Shown here in pieces: positions 1 through 10,054 of a stretch of DNA of 64,000 nt. The notes beneath the pieces were generated by a model. The model had not been told where the DNA came from. It did not search any database and worked only from the letters and a program-made list of their open reading frames with translations. The translations under genes were made by a program, and so were the position numbers. Within the stretch, counting starts at the first letter, position 1; the number at the start of each line of letters is the position of its first letter. The DNA comes from Candidatus Latescibacterota bacterium (GTDB lineage Bacteria > Latescibacterota > UBA2968): positions 2,912,001 through 2,976,000 of the forward strand of contig OZ241986.1 of the NCBI GenBank assembly GCA_965204375.1, given 5' to 3'.

Positions 1-491
1 CCCATAGGATCTTTTGTACCGAAATACTTGCGTGCTGCCTTCTCGGTAAGCACAACAGAATAGGGTGACTGAAGCGCCGTATGTCGGTCTCCCTTAATTA
101 AGGAAAAATCAAAAACCTCCAAAGCCGATGCATCTCCAAAAAGGATAGACTCTTGAAAGCGGTTATTCTCATGAAAAATCACAGATGACCCGCGCACGAA
201 TCTGGCGGCCTGGACAACCTCGGGAAATTCGGCTCGTAAGGCAGGAGCCAATGGAGGTGGGGAAGTCGCCGTTGGCACAACCTGTCCATCTACAGCTATA
301 CGGTCATGTGCAACCCTGTAAATCCGATCTGCCTTTTCATGATACGTATCATAACTGAGTTCAAACCTGACAAAACTCAAAATCAAGACACAAGTCGCTA
401 TGCCAATCGCCAATCCTGCTATATTGACAAACGAATACACCTTTTGCCGAAACAGATTGCGAAAAGCGACTGTCAGATAATTTCTTAACAT
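1..491 (-). CDS. ABC transporter permease, MacB/FtsX family (5' part; runs off window)
   Basis: Manual translation from ATG at 491 (RBS GGGGAGG upstream): MLRNYLTVAFRNLFRQKVYSFVNIAGLAIGIATCVLILSFVRFELSYDTYHEKADRIYRV..., the typical MacB-type permease N-terminus. Not in the ORF track because it is open at the window edge. Confidence 0.88.
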   Translation of the reverse strand, partial: MLRNYLTVAFRNLFRQKVYSFVNIAGLAIGIATCVLILSFVRFELSYDTYHEKADRIYRVAHDRIAVDGQVVPTATSPPPLAPALRAEFPEVVQAARFVRGSSVIFHENNRFQESILFGDASALEVFDFSLIKGDRHTALQSPYSVVLTEKAARKYFGTKDPM

Positions 492-718
492 GGCCTCCCC
501 TTTTTTAAATTGAATCAGCCTCCTCAACATAGCTTTAGACAAAATGTTTTTTCTAAGGTTTCTAAAAAATCTTCACATCCAGACCAATCTCAAACTGCAA
601 TCCAACTTTTTTATTGCAAAGTTCTTGTGTACTCTATGACAGTGTTTTATAATGAGTCTCAATCTGGAATCATCAAACGAGACCCCAATCTAACCGCACA
701 AAAACAAAAGAGGCTGCA

Positions 719-1957
719 ATGAACAACACCGCCACAATACACACCCGTGCCTGGGCGGGTGATGAAGCTCTCACCCTCACCTTTCCCAAAGGCTGGACAG
801 TCGAAACCTTTGGTCCACAGGAATGTCCTCAAGTCACCGCAGAACAGATCCAAACCGCCTTTGACAACCCCATCGGCACACCGCGGATTTCAGAACTCGC
901 CAAAGGAAAAAACAGCGCCGCAATCATCGTAGATGACCTGAGCCGTCCCACACCTGCTGCCGAACTCATTCCCTATGTCCTCAAAGAACTCGACGCCATA
1001 CCCAAAAATCAAATCCGCATTGTCGTAGGTGGAGGCTCTCACCGTCCAATCGACGCGGAAGAAATCGACAAAAAAGTGGGCACTGATATAGCCTGCGCAT
1101 ATCAAGTCACAAACCACAACTTCATGAGCGGCGACCTCCGCGCATTGGGCAGTCTGGACAGCGGCCTCCCCATTTACATCGACAGAATTGTCGCAGAAGC
1201 CGACCTCAAGCTCTGCGTAGGCGGCATCTATCCCCACGGCAACGTGGGATTTGGCGGCGGTGCCAAGCTCATCTTACCGGGCGTATCGGGCTTTGCCACC
1301 ATGTTCTACTTCCACACCTTTTACGCAAGTCGAGGACACGCCAATATTGAACGACAGGGTGACGAGCCCGACCATCGAGATGCCGCCGAAGCAGTCGCAA
1401 AAGTCCTGGGCCTCGATACCGTTGTCAACGTGACACTCAACCGCAAACGCCAGATCACCGGTGTTTTTGTGGGCGACTTCATCCAGGCGCAGCGCACCGG
1501 TGCCCGATTCGCACTAAAAACCTACGCAACCCGGACACCAGAAACAGAGCCTGACCTCGTCATTGCCAGCTGCTATCCACTCGACTACGACCCCGTTCAA
1601 GCCGGCAAAGCACTCTGGCCGCTTCGGCTATTCAAAAACGCCTACAAAGTCGCCATCAATCCCGCCACCGATGGCATATGTCACCACGGACTATACGACG
1701 AAATAGACTACGCGCGGTTTTGCAAACTAAAATCCGAACAGCCTCAGCAAGAACTCCCCGAACCCAAAATCGAAGGTCCGCACCAGACCCTGATGTGGTC
1801 TGAAAACTTTCCAGTTGACGAATTTTACAAACGCAACCCCGACGGTGTCCTCTTCCGCGATTGGGACACGCTCTTCAACCAACTCATTGTAAAATTGCCC
1901 GATAATGCCCGCGTTGCCGTTTTTCCCAATGCGGCCATTCAAATTCCCAAAAAATGA
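719..1957 (+). CDS. Lactate racemase (LarA)-family nickel-pincer racemase/epimerase
   Basis: Motifs DDLSRPTP, GGSHR, PHGNVGFGGGAK and QAGKA match LarA-family conserved segments. Substrate not determinable. Confidence 0.8.
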   Translation: MNNTATIHTRAWAGDEALTLTFPKGWTVETFGPQECPQVTAEQIQTAFDNPIGTPRISELAKGKNSAAIIVDDLSRPTPAAELIPYVLKELDAIPKNQIRIVVGGGSHRPIDAEEIDKKVGTDIACAYQVTNHNFMSGDLRALGSLDSGLPIYIDRIVAEADLKLCVGGIYPHGNVGFGGGAKLILPGVSGFATMFYFHTFYASRGHANIERQGDEPDHRDAAEAVAKVLGLDTVVNVTLNRKRQITGVFVGDFIQAQRTGARFALKTYATRTPETEPDLVIASCYPLDYDPVQAGKALWPLRLFKNAYKVAINPATDGICHHGLYDEIDYARFCKLKSEQPQQELPEPKIEGPHQTLMWSENFPVDEFYKRNPDGVLFRDWDTLFNQLIVKLPDNARVAVFPNAAIQIPKK

Positions 1958-2036
1958 GGGTCTAAAACGCAGAATTTTACTTTCTCTCACGCGCCTATCA
2001 TGCTATATTGGGCCAATGCAATTATTGTAAAAAATC

Positions 2037-2101
2037 ACGCAAGAGAACGGGGAGGCGTAGGGACTGGGGGAGATCCTTGCAAATCCCTTGTTCTCTTGCG
2101 T
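2037..2101. other. Long imperfect hairpin in the intergenic/5'UTR region
   Basis: ACGCAAGAGAAC(GGGGA) pairs with (TCCCTT)GTTCTCTTGCGT, with inner stem GTAGGGA/TCCTTGC. Followed by TTATTATATTT and the RBS of the next gene. Confidence 0.5.
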
Positions 2102-2121
2102 TATTATATTTGGAGGACGCC

Positions 2122-2922
2122 ATGCTGACACAAGAACAAATCGACTTCTACCACGAAAATGGGTATCTCAAATGCGAAGCGCTCTTTACCCCAGAAGAAA
2201 CCGCCGAACTCGGCTCGGAAATGGTGCGCATCATCGAAAACTGGGGCAATGAGACCATCGGCTGGCGGGGACCCTGGCGCAATCGATACTTGCCCGAAGA
2301 CGAACGCCTCAACACCAAAGCGGTCTTTATGCACAATCCCCAATTCTACTCCGCAACCTGGGGACGCGCCATCTTCAACGAACGACTCGTCGGCTGTGTA
2401 GAAGACTTGATCCGCGACACTGTTCAGTGGCACCACACCGTGCTCCATGCCAAACCGCCAGAACTCGGCACGCCTTTTCCCATGCACCAGGACTATCCCT
2501 TTTATCCGCACGACGGTCCTGATTTTGTCGATTGTTTGCTACACCTGGACGACACCCCAATAGAAAGCGGGTGCTTGCGCGTGGTGCCCGGTAGCCATAA
2601 AAAGGGTCCACTCGTTCACGTTTTAGGCCCAGACACCTCTCCTCATCTGCCGCCAGACGAGTACCATCCCGACAAAATCGACTCCATCTTAATCCCGGCA
2701 AAAGCAGGGGACGTCATCTTCTTTAGCTATCAGATCATTCACTGGTCCGATTGCAACCGCACCGACGAATGGCGAAAATCCGTGCGCTTCGGCTACCACA
2801 GCACCCAGATGCAACCCGTGGGCCGCGCAGAAGACGACCCCTACCGCATCGACCCCAACAACATATTGGAACGCAAAGACAGCACCATTGTGTCCGGCTT
2901 TAGAATAAATGAAGTGAATTAG
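2122..2922 (+). CDS. Phytanoyl-CoA dioxygenase (PhyH) family Fe(II)/2OG oxygenase
   Basis: MLTQEQIDFYHENGYL start after GGAGG RBS; HQD motif, GCLRVVPGSH, distal His (IIHWS) and Arg. Confidence 0.9.
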   Translation: MLTQEQIDFYHENGYLKCEALFTPEETAELGSEMVRIIENWGNETIGWRGPWRNRYLPEDERLNTKAVFMHNPQFYSATWGRAIFNERLVGCVEDLIRDTVQWHHTVLHAKPPELGTPFPMHQDYPFYPHDGPDFVDCLLHLDDTPIESGCLRVVPGSHKKGPLVHVLGPDTSPHLPPDEYHPDKIDSILIPAKAGDVIFFSYQIIHWSDCNRTDEWRKSVRFGYHSTQMQPVGRAEDDPYRIDPNNILERKDSTIVSGFRINEVN

Positions 2923-2926
2923 ACGT

Positions 2927-4186
2927 ATGAACAAACCCAACATCATCATCGTACTCGCAGACGACATGGGCTATGGGGATTCCAGCGCGTACGGAGGCTG
3001 GATCGACACGCCCGCAATGGAACAAATGGCCCGCGAAGGGCTTAAATTCACCGACTTTCACTCCAGCGGTGCCGTTTGCAGCCCCACGCGCGCCGGACTG
3101 CTCACCGGACGCTACCAACAGCGCGCAGGCGTGCCCATAGTGATCGGTGCCAATCCCCAAAGCGCCGACCACTATGTGGGATTGTACCCCTCTGAAATCA
3201 CCTTTCCCAAACTGCTCAAAAAAGCCGGCTATACCTCCGCCATCTTTGGTAAATGGCACCTCGGTTACGACAAAAAATTCAATCCTCTGCACCACGATTT
3301 TGATCGCTTTCGCGGATATGTAAGCGGCAACATCGACTACATCTCACACTACGACCGAATGGAAACTTACGACTGGTGGGAGGGCCTCGAACACATCGAA
3401 GAAGAAGGCTATACCACGCATCTCATCACCCAGCATTCGGTACAATTCATCAAAGACCACAAAGACACGCCCTTTTGCCTCTACGTTGCGCACGAAGCCG
3501 TACACACCCCATTGCAGGGACCCGATGATCCCGCCATTCGCGGTCCGGAAAAAGCGGACTTTCATCCCGACGACCCCCGGGAAACCTATTGCCAGATGAT
3601 GAAAGCCATGGACGACAGCCTGGCCGAAATTATGGGCACAGTGCGGGAACTCGGCATTGAGGAAAACACCCTCGTCTTCTTTTTTTCCGACAACGGCGGC
3701 ACCCGTCAAAACCCCGAATCCAACGCCCCTTTGCGTGGGAACAAGGGCACGGTGTGGGAAGGCGGCCACCGCGTCCCCGCCATTGCATGGTGGCCCGGAA
3801 CAATTGCTCCCAACAGCGTCACCGACCAACTCGCCATCAGCATCGACCTCTTTCCCACCATGTGCGACCTCGCAGGAGCACCTGCACCCGACAATCACTT
3901 TGACGGCATCAACCTCAAAACCACCCTTCTGGGACAGGACGAACCGGGTGCCCGACAATTGTTCTGGAATGGCCTTGCCATGCGCGACGACAACTACAAG
4001 CTCGTAATCGACAAGGGTACGCCGCATCTATTTGACCTATCCCAGGACATATCGGAAAGCAATGACCTCGCATCGCAACAACCCGACCGCGTCCAGCAAA
4101 TGTGCCATGCAATCAATGCCTGGAAACGCGACGTAGCCGACGGTGCAACGCCTCAACCTGAATACGATGCAAAAGCGAGCGCGTAA
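2927..4186 (+). CDS. Arylsulfatase-like sulfatase (Cys-type, formylglycine-dependent)
   Basis: PNIIIVLADDMGYGD, CSPTRAGLLTGR signature, GKWHLG, SDNGG, GNKGTVWEGGHRVP. Confidence 0.93.
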   Translation: MNKPNIIIVLADDMGYGDSSAYGGWIDTPAMEQMAREGLKFTDFHSSGAVCSPTRAGLLTGRYQQRAGVPIVIGANPQSADHYVGLYPSEITFPKLLKKAGYTSAIFGKWHLGYDKKFNPLHHDFDRFRGYVSGNIDYISHYDRMETYDWWEGLEHIEEEGYTTHLITQHSVQFIKDHKDTPFCLYVAHEAVHTPLQGPDDPAIRGPEKADFHPDDPRETYCQMMKAMDDSLAEIMGTVRELGIEENTLVFFFSDNGGTRQNPESNAPLRGNKGTVWEGGHRVPAIAWWPGTIAPNSVTDQLAISIDLFPTMCDLAGAPAPDNHFDGINLKTTLLGQDEPGARQLFWNGLAMRDDNYKLVIDKGTPHLFDLSQDISESNDLASQQPDRVQQMCHAINAWKRDVADGATPQPEYDAKASA

Positions 4187-4396
4187 GTCCAGTATAAGAC
4201 AATCCCTGATATCAGGTTTCGAGGAATTCTCAAACATTCACATGCGGAATTTGATCACGACATACCTGAACGCACTCGCCGCAGGTGATACAGAGACAGT
4301 GGTCGCGGAGCAGATGACGCATTGACTAATTGTGAGAGTTAGCGTTATATTCCACCATCTCAAAACTTTCGCCTTGAAAAAAGAGGTAATAACGCT

Positions 4397-5575
4397 ATGT
4401 CCCAGGAACGACTCGGCAACCGACTGCACCTTCCGAGCCTGTCGATAAAGGGATTTCGGGGGATTGACGAGCTTACCATTGATCGGTTGGGCCGCGTAAC
4501 CCTGATTGCAGGAAAGAATAGCGTCGGCAAAACGACCGTCTTAGATGCCATCCAGGTCTATGCGGCACGAGGGCATTATGGCATTCTTGAACGACTACTA
4601 ACAAGTCGCCAGGAAGTCTCTATCGCTACCGTCGAAGATGTCCACGGACAAAGAAGATTTGTACCCGATTTTCCTGCCCTATTTCACGGACGTGATGTGT
4701 CGAAATATGCCCGCATCGCAATTGGCCCCAAAGGCTACACGGACCAACTCAGGATAGAGGAGAGTTTGCTGGGCGAGGATGAGTTGGCTTCTCAAATCGA
4801 GAGAAATCTATCTCGGTATGTTGCAAAAGGCTACACGCAAACATTCCGTGTCGTCTTTCAAGACACAGAACAGATACTTCCCTGGATACTCCCTATCCAG
4901 GGATCGGATGCGGCCAGAACCGTAGAACGTTATAGCGTTAGCGCGTGCTTATACTTATTTCAGTTATTGGTCAAAGCTAAATGGCCGTCTCCAATAGGAT
5001 GTCAATTTTTGGGCCCGGGCCTGTTGAGCGACGAAGAAATTGTACGATCCTGGAATGCCATTGCGCTAACAGAAGATGAAGACCGAGCGGTACAAGCCCT
5101 GAGACTGATCTTCGGCAACGACCTGGAGCGCGTCGCGGTGCGCCGAGATGAAATATCAGATACAGAACATGTCCAGCGGGTAGTAGCAAGGCTCCGAGGT
5201 CAAGCCCGTCCAGTCCCTTTGCAAAGTCTTGGCAATGGGGCACTGCACCTATCTGGCGTCGCTCTGGCACTGACCAATAGCCGCGACGGTTTCTTACTCA
5301 TTGATGAAGCGGAAAATGGCATTCACCATTCCGTACAACGCGATTACTGGCGCATGGTATTTGAGACCGCACAGGCAAACAACGTACAGGTTTTGGCGAC
5401 AACGCACAGCTTTGACTGTCTGCGCGGCTTCGCACAAGCGATGACCGATTGTGAGGAAGTTGATGGTGCGCTCGTGCGCCTTGAGCAAGAGAATGGCACC
5501 CTTCGCGCGGTTGAGTATTCGGAACGCAATATCAAGGCCGCTGCAAAACAACGCATTGATATTGAGATGAGGTAG
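4397..5575 (+). CDS. ABC-type AAA ATPase (AAA_15/AAA_21, AbiEii/AriA-like)
   Basis: IKGFRGI start, Walker A GKNSVGKT, signature-like QSLGNG, Walker B LLIDEAENGIH, ATTHS. Confidence 0.88.
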   Translation: MSQERLGNRLHLPSLSIKGFRGIDELTIDRLGRVTLIAGKNSVGKTTVLDAIQVYAARGHYGILERLLTSRQEVSIATVEDVHGQRRFVPDFPALFHGRDVSKYARIAIGPKGYTDQLRIEESLLGEDELASQIERNLSRYVAKGYTQTFRVVFQDTEQILPWILPIQGSDAARTVERYSVSACLYLFQLLVKAKWPSPIGCQFLGPGLLSDEEIVRSWNAIALTEDEDRAVQALRLIFGNDLERVAVRRDEISDTEHVQRVVARLRGQARPVPLQSLGNGALHLSGVALALTNSRDGFLLIDEAENGIHHSVQRDYWRMVFETAQANNVQVLATTHSFDCLRGFAQAMTDCEEVDGALVRLEQENGTLRAVEYSERNIKAAAKQRIDIEMR

Positions 5576-5579
5576 GTGG

Positions 5580-6184
5580 ATGGATAATAATGACCGCGTT
5601 CTTCTCGTTGAAGGGACAGACGACGAGCATGTTGTCAGGCATCTTTGTCATGGACATCAACCAATGCCGCAATTCAGTATTCGAAACAAAGAAGGAATAG
5701 AAAACCTACTCGACGACATTGGATTGGAAATTTTAGCTCCCAGCCGCAAAGCCATCGGCATCATCGTAGATGCGAATGACAATTTGGACGCCCGCTGGGA
5801 TGCTGTGACAAACAGGCTACGAGATGAGAACATTGAAGTGCCCAGCAGTCCAGAATCAACCGGCACGATTATACCCAGCACCCCTCGCGTTGGCTTATGG
5901 TTAATGCCCGACAATACATCGCCCGGCGAACTCGAAAATTTTGTCTCCGAAATGATTCCCGACGACGACCCGGTATGGCCTCGGTCCCAGTCCTACATTG
6001 ACGACATTCCAGAGTCGGATCGAAAATTTACCGAAAAAAGATATTGCGAGCCAAGGTCCACGCCTGGTTGGCGACCCGAAAGGACCCCAGGCGGATGGGC
6101 ACCGCCATTCGCGCACGAGATTTGCATATAGATGGAACACTCAGCACAACATTCGCAAAGTGGCTACGGCAGCTATTCGAGTGA
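5580..6184 (+). pseudogene. DUF3226/TOPRIM-like partner of the AAA ATPase; frameshifted in an A6 run at 6034-6039
   Basis: LLVEGTDD, IGIIVDAN, LWLMPDNTSPGELENF in frame 0. A family-like C-terminus (ILRAKVHAWLATRKDPRRMGTAI...FAKWLRQLFE*, stop 6182-6184) lies in the -1 frame after GAAAAAAG. Could be an assembly indel. Confidence 0.75.
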
Positions 6185-6327
6185 GTAAAATTCTGCATCA
6201 CGTCTTCTTTTTTTCGCTTTGAACTGGCTATCGCCAATCATGCTCAAATAAATTGGCCTGAGAGGCGGCCAGTTGTACCCCGCTCGTAGGCAATTCGATT
6301 TTGATTTTTTAAACAAAAGGTGGATTA

Positions 6328-7869
6328 ATGTTAGGACTACACCTGCTGGACTTTGCCACGCTCGCCATCTATTTAATCGGCATCATGATTGCCGGCCTAT
6401 GGGTCGCCCGCAAAATCAAAAATACGGGCGACTATTTTATGGGTGGGCGCAGCTTTGGCAAAGCATTTATGATCATGCACGCCTTTGGCACCGGCACCCA
6501 CACCGACCAGGCCGTCACCGTAGCGGGAGCCTCCTACAAATTGGGCATGGCGGGAATATGGTATCAATGGCTCTATTTATTTGCCACCCCCTTCTACTGG
6601 CTCATCGCGCCAATATGGCGGAGACTGCGCTACCTCACCATAGCCGACTTCTTTGAAGACCGATTCAGCAATTCACTCGGTTACTTCTACGCCCTCTATG
6701 GCCTGCTCTACTTTGCCATACAAATCGGCATCATGCTCCTGGGCACGGGCAAAACAGCCAGTGCCATGACCGGCGGCGCAATTTCCCCCGAAATCGCCAT
6801 CGGTGTGATGACCGTCCTCTTCCTCTCCTACGGTCTATTAGGCGGCCTGCCCGCAGCCATCATCACCGACTTTATCCAGGGCATCTTCATCATCGTCCTC
6901 TCTTTTCTCCTCGTCCCCTTTGTCATAGACGGCGTCGGCGGCTTCACCGGCCTTCACCAGCAAGTACCCATTGAAAAATTTAGCCTCGAAGCACCCGGCG
7001 ATCCCCCGCCCGGATACGACCGCATCACGCCCTTCTTCATCGTCATGGTCGTCATCAACGCCCTCGTCGGCATCATTGCCCAACCCCACCACATGGAAAT
7101 TGGCGGTGCGGGCAAAACCGAACGCGAAGCCCGCGTGGGATTCACCTACGGCAACATGATCAAACGCCTCTGCACCGTGGCCTGGGCATTTACCGGCGTA
7201 GCCTGCATTGCCCTTTACCCCAGTATCGACGACCCCGAACATGCTTTTGGGCTCGCCTCGCGCGACCTCTTGCCCATCGGTCTCGTCGGCATCATGCTCG
7301 CCTCGATGATCGCCGCAGTCATGTCCACCTGCGACTCATTCATGGTCGATGGCGCCGCCCTCTTTGTCGAAAACTTTTACAAACCCCTCTTCAAACCCGA
7401 AGCCGACGACAAACACTACCTCACCACAGGTCGCATCGTCGCCCTCATACTGGTCGTATTTGGCATAATCATCGCGCTCTATTTCACCTCTGTCGTCGCG
7501 ATTATTCGCCTCTCCTGGTCACTCGTAGCATTCTTTGGGATTGCATTTTGGGGAGGAATACTCTGGCGCAGGTGCAATGCGCCCGGCGCCTGGGCTGGCC
7601 TGATCGTCTCGGCATTATTATTCGCCATATCCGGACAAACAATCATCAATTTGGAAAGCCTGAGCATCTACATTGGTGGCCTCAACTGGGAATTGCCCTA
7701 TCGCTACGTACTCTACATCGCCGGTGGCTTTGCCGCACTCATCATCGTCAGCAAACTCACCAAACCGCAAGACAAAGAGCGACTCGACCGCTTTTACACC
7801 TTGCTCCACACACCTGTGGGACAAGAGCACAAATTGCGCGAAGCCGGCATAAAAGTTGTTATGGAGTAA
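6328..7869 (+). CDS. Sodium:solute symporter (SSS) family transporter
   Basis: DYFMGGRS, YGLLGGLPAAIITDFIQG, GLVGIMLASMIAAVMSTCDS; many hydrophobic helices. Confidence 0.93.
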   Translation: MLGLHLLDFATLAIYLIGIMIAGLWVARKIKNTGDYFMGGRSFGKAFMIMHAFGTGTHTDQAVTVAGASYKLGMAGIWYQWLYLFATPFYWLIAPIWRRLRYLTIADFFEDRFSNSLGYFYALYGLLYFAIQIGIMLLGTGKTASAMTGGAISPEIAIGVMTVLFLSYGLLGGLPAAIITDFIQGIFIIVLSFLLVPFVIDGVGGFTGLHQQVPIEKFSLEAPGDPPPGYDRITPFFIVMVVINALVGIIAQPHHMEIGGAGKTEREARVGFTYGNMIKRLCTVAWAFTGVACIALYPSIDDPEHAFGLASRDLLPIGLVGIMLASMIAAVMSTCDSFMVDGAALFVENFYKPLFKPEADDKHYLTTGRIVALILVVFGIIIALYFTSVVAIIRLSWSLVAFFGIAFWGGILWRRCNAPGAWAGLIVSALLFAISGQTIINLESLSIYIGGLNWELPYRYVLYIAGGFAALIIVSKLTKPQDKERLDRFYTLLHTPVGQEHKLREAGIKVVME

Positions 7870-7878
7870 AGAACTGTC

Positions 7879-9420
7879 ATGCGTCTCAGGTCCATATTGC
7901 TTATCGTCGCATTTTACACGAGCCTGGGGTATTCCCCTCAAGCTGCCGATCCCGTACTACATCTAAAAACTGACCAGACGCAACCCCTCCCCAAAAGCCT
8001 CTACGGCTTCAACACGAACATGATGAGTGGTGACTACGGTTATCTCGACTCCAACTTTGTCGCGCTCACAAAAGACCTGCAACCCCAAACACTGCGTTTT
8101 CCCGGAGGCACAATCGGCAATTTTTACCATTGGAAAATAGCTGGATTTATCCAGGGTGAAATGAGTTCAACCACCAACGAGCAACTCAACAGACGAAACA
8201 GAGGCAATTTTGTCAGACTGAGAAAAAGGAGAAATGGGAGACTTGCATTTGACGACTTCATGCAAATGTGCAACGCGCTAAAAATAACGCCCATCGTAGT
8301 CGTCAACCTGTGGACGGGAAGCCCGGAGGAAAGTGCCGGGTGGGTTCAATACGCGAAAAACAAGGGATATGAAATCGCGTATTGGGAACTCGGCAATGAA
8401 TATTATCTGCCGTGGTACGCGGAAAAATATCCCTCTGCGGAAACCTATATCGCACAAGCTCAAAAACATGCACAGGCGATGAAAGCGATTGATCCAACGA
8501 TAAAAGTCTCGGTCTGTGCAAGCCCGGTAGCCTTCCACAAAAACGGCTTTGAAAAAAACGTGGATCAACGCAAATGGGATAGTGCATTGGCGGCTGCGGA
8601 TCAATTTTACGACGCCTATACCGTTCACGTCTATGCGTATCGAACCGCTCGAAAAAAAGAAATTGAGGAATATCGGGGCTATCTCTTTGGTTGGATCCAC
8701 TGCGATTTCGATGACGCCATGGCCTACTATGAAAAATTATTCCCCAGCAAAGAAATGTGGATAACCGAGTGGAATATCTCCAACCCCGCAAACCGGGTCG
8801 CCAATACACAACTGCACGCCATGTACGCGGGCGATTTCTTCTTAAAAATGCTCACGCAACCGCGCATTACCCATGCAAATTTTCACGTAATTGCCGGTCC
8901 CGGCAAAGGATTCCCCGCATTCTCCCCAATCACGCCCCCATCGCCGAGAACCAATTGGAAATACGGGGGCGAACCAGAGGCGGATTTTGGAAAGACAATC
9001 CGGCGCGCGACCTACTATCCTCTTCAATTAATTGGAGAAGCATTCGCGCAATCGGACACAAAATTCGTCCTCTCCATCCAAAATCCACCCATCCTCGATG
9101 GACAACTCGAATACGAAGGAAAACAAATACCGGGCATTCAAGCACAGGCAGTCGGAAGCACCTCGCACCTTTTCGTACTCATCAGCAACCGCACTGCAGA
9201 CGACCTGTTGCCGAGCCTCACCATCGACGGCAAAAAATTTGAAGGCACGCTCACATATCGCTACGTAGCCCATGAAAGACTCAATGCATCAAACGGAGGC
9301 AATGCAGAAATGGAAGGCGCCGGCAAAATAGAAGTCTCGATCCGCGAATGGTCTGGTGCTTGCAATAATCTCTTGATTCTCAAAAACAGTTTTGGCATCT
9401 TAGAATTATCGCCCAACTAA
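7879..9420 (+). CDS. Secreted clan GH-A glycoside hydrolase (GH79/GH51/GH44-like)
   Basis: Signal peptide; LRFPGG, acid/base WELGNE, nucleophile-like WITEWN. Confidence 0.8.
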   Translation: MRLRSILLIVAFYTSLGYSPQAADPVLHLKTDQTQPLPKSLYGFNTNMMSGDYGYLDSNFVALTKDLQPQTLRFPGGTIGNFYHWKIAGFIQGEMSSTTNEQLNRRNRGNFVRLRKRRNGRLAFDDFMQMCNALKITPIVVVNLWTGSPEESAGWVQYAKNKGYEIAYWELGNEYYLPWYAEKYPSAETYIAQAQKHAQAMKAIDPTIKVSVCASPVAFHKNGFEKNVDQRKWDSALAAADQFYDAYTVHVYAYRTARKKEIEEYRGYLFGWIHCDFDDAMAYYEKLFPSKEMWITEWNISNPANRVANTQLHAMYAGDFFLKMLTQPRITHANFHVIAGPGKGFPAFSPITPPSPRTNWKYGGEPEADFGKTIRRATYYPLQLIGEAFAQSDTKFVLSIQNPPILDGQLEYEGKQIPGIQAQAVGSTSHLFVLISNRTADDLLPSLTIDGKKFEGTLTYRYVAHERLNASNGGNAEMEGAGKIEVSIREWSGACNNLLILKNSFGILELSPN

Positions 9421-9437
9421 TTCCCGAGGAGGCTATT

Positions 9438-9557
9438 GTGTTTGGCCTTGAAATTCGCAAACCATCCAAAGAAACAGTCATAGGCTTCATCGTCACATGG
9501 ATCTGTGTGATCGGCATTATCTTTCTCACACTGGCCCTCGTCCGCATCGGTGCATAA
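9438..9557 (+). CDS. Small single-TM membrane protein (39 aa), not in ORF track
   Basis: GAGGAGG RBS, GTG start, MFGLEIRKPSKETVIGFIVTWICVIGIIFLTLALVRIGA*; fills the gap between two co-directional genes. Confidence 0.75.
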   Translation: MFGLEIRKPSKETVIGFIVTWICVIGIIFLTLALVRIGA

Positions 9558-9570
9558 AGGACTTATCCCA

Positions 9571-10050
9571 ATGATCCGAAAATACCGCCCTGAAGACCTC
9601 GACGCCCTCAAAGAAATCACCGTCATCTGCTTTGATGGGGTATCAATTGACCAGAATATCGAAAAAAACTTTGGTCAATTTGCCGACACAGATTGGAAAG
9701 AACGCAAAGCCAAACACATAGACGCGGACGTCGCCGCCAATGCCGATGGTATCTTCGTTTGGGAAGACAACGGCAAAGTCGCGGCCTACATCACCACGCG
9801 CATCGACCATGAAAGCAAAATAGGCGGCATACCCAACCTCGCCGTCTTGCCCGAATACCAGGGCAAAGGAATCGGCAAAGCATTGATGACAGCCGCCTTT
9901 GACTATTTTGAAGAACAGGAAATGGCCGTAGCAAAAATCGAAACCCTCGACCAGAACCCCGTTGGACAGAACTTTTATCCACGCTCGGGCTTTACCGCAG
10001 TCGCCCGACAAATCCACTACGCAATGCCGCTGAAAGACCGCAAAGTGTAG
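9571..10050 (+). CDS. GNAT family N-acetyltransferase
   Basis: NLAVLPEYQGKGIGKALM acetyl-CoA motif A and NFYPRSGF; start at ATG 9571 after AAGGA. Confidence 0.9.
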   Translation: MIRKYRPEDLDALKEITVICFDGVSIDQNIEKNFGQFADTDWKERKAKHIDADVAANADGIFVWEDNGKVAAYITTRIDHESKIGGIPNLAVLPEYQGKGIGKALMTAAFDYFEEQEMAVAKIETLDQNPVGQNFYPRSGFTAVARQIHYAMPLKDRKV

Positions 10051-10054
10051 CTAT

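Noticed and set aside
306-722. ORF-track calls 306-488 and 510-722 on the plus strand
   Set aside because: The first is antisense to the ABC permease; the second spans an AT-rich divergent promoter region and has no protein-like features.
4242-4325. Short ORF MRNLITTYLNALAAGDTETVVAEQMTH resembling a SnoaL/NTF2 N-terminus
   Set aside because: Only 27 codons with no clear RBS; at most a remnant, and not supportable.
6034-6040. Programmed -1 ribosomal frameshift at A_AAA_AAG
   Set aside because: The heptamer is not in the zero reading frame (codons read GAA AAA AGA); an indel or assembly error is more likely.
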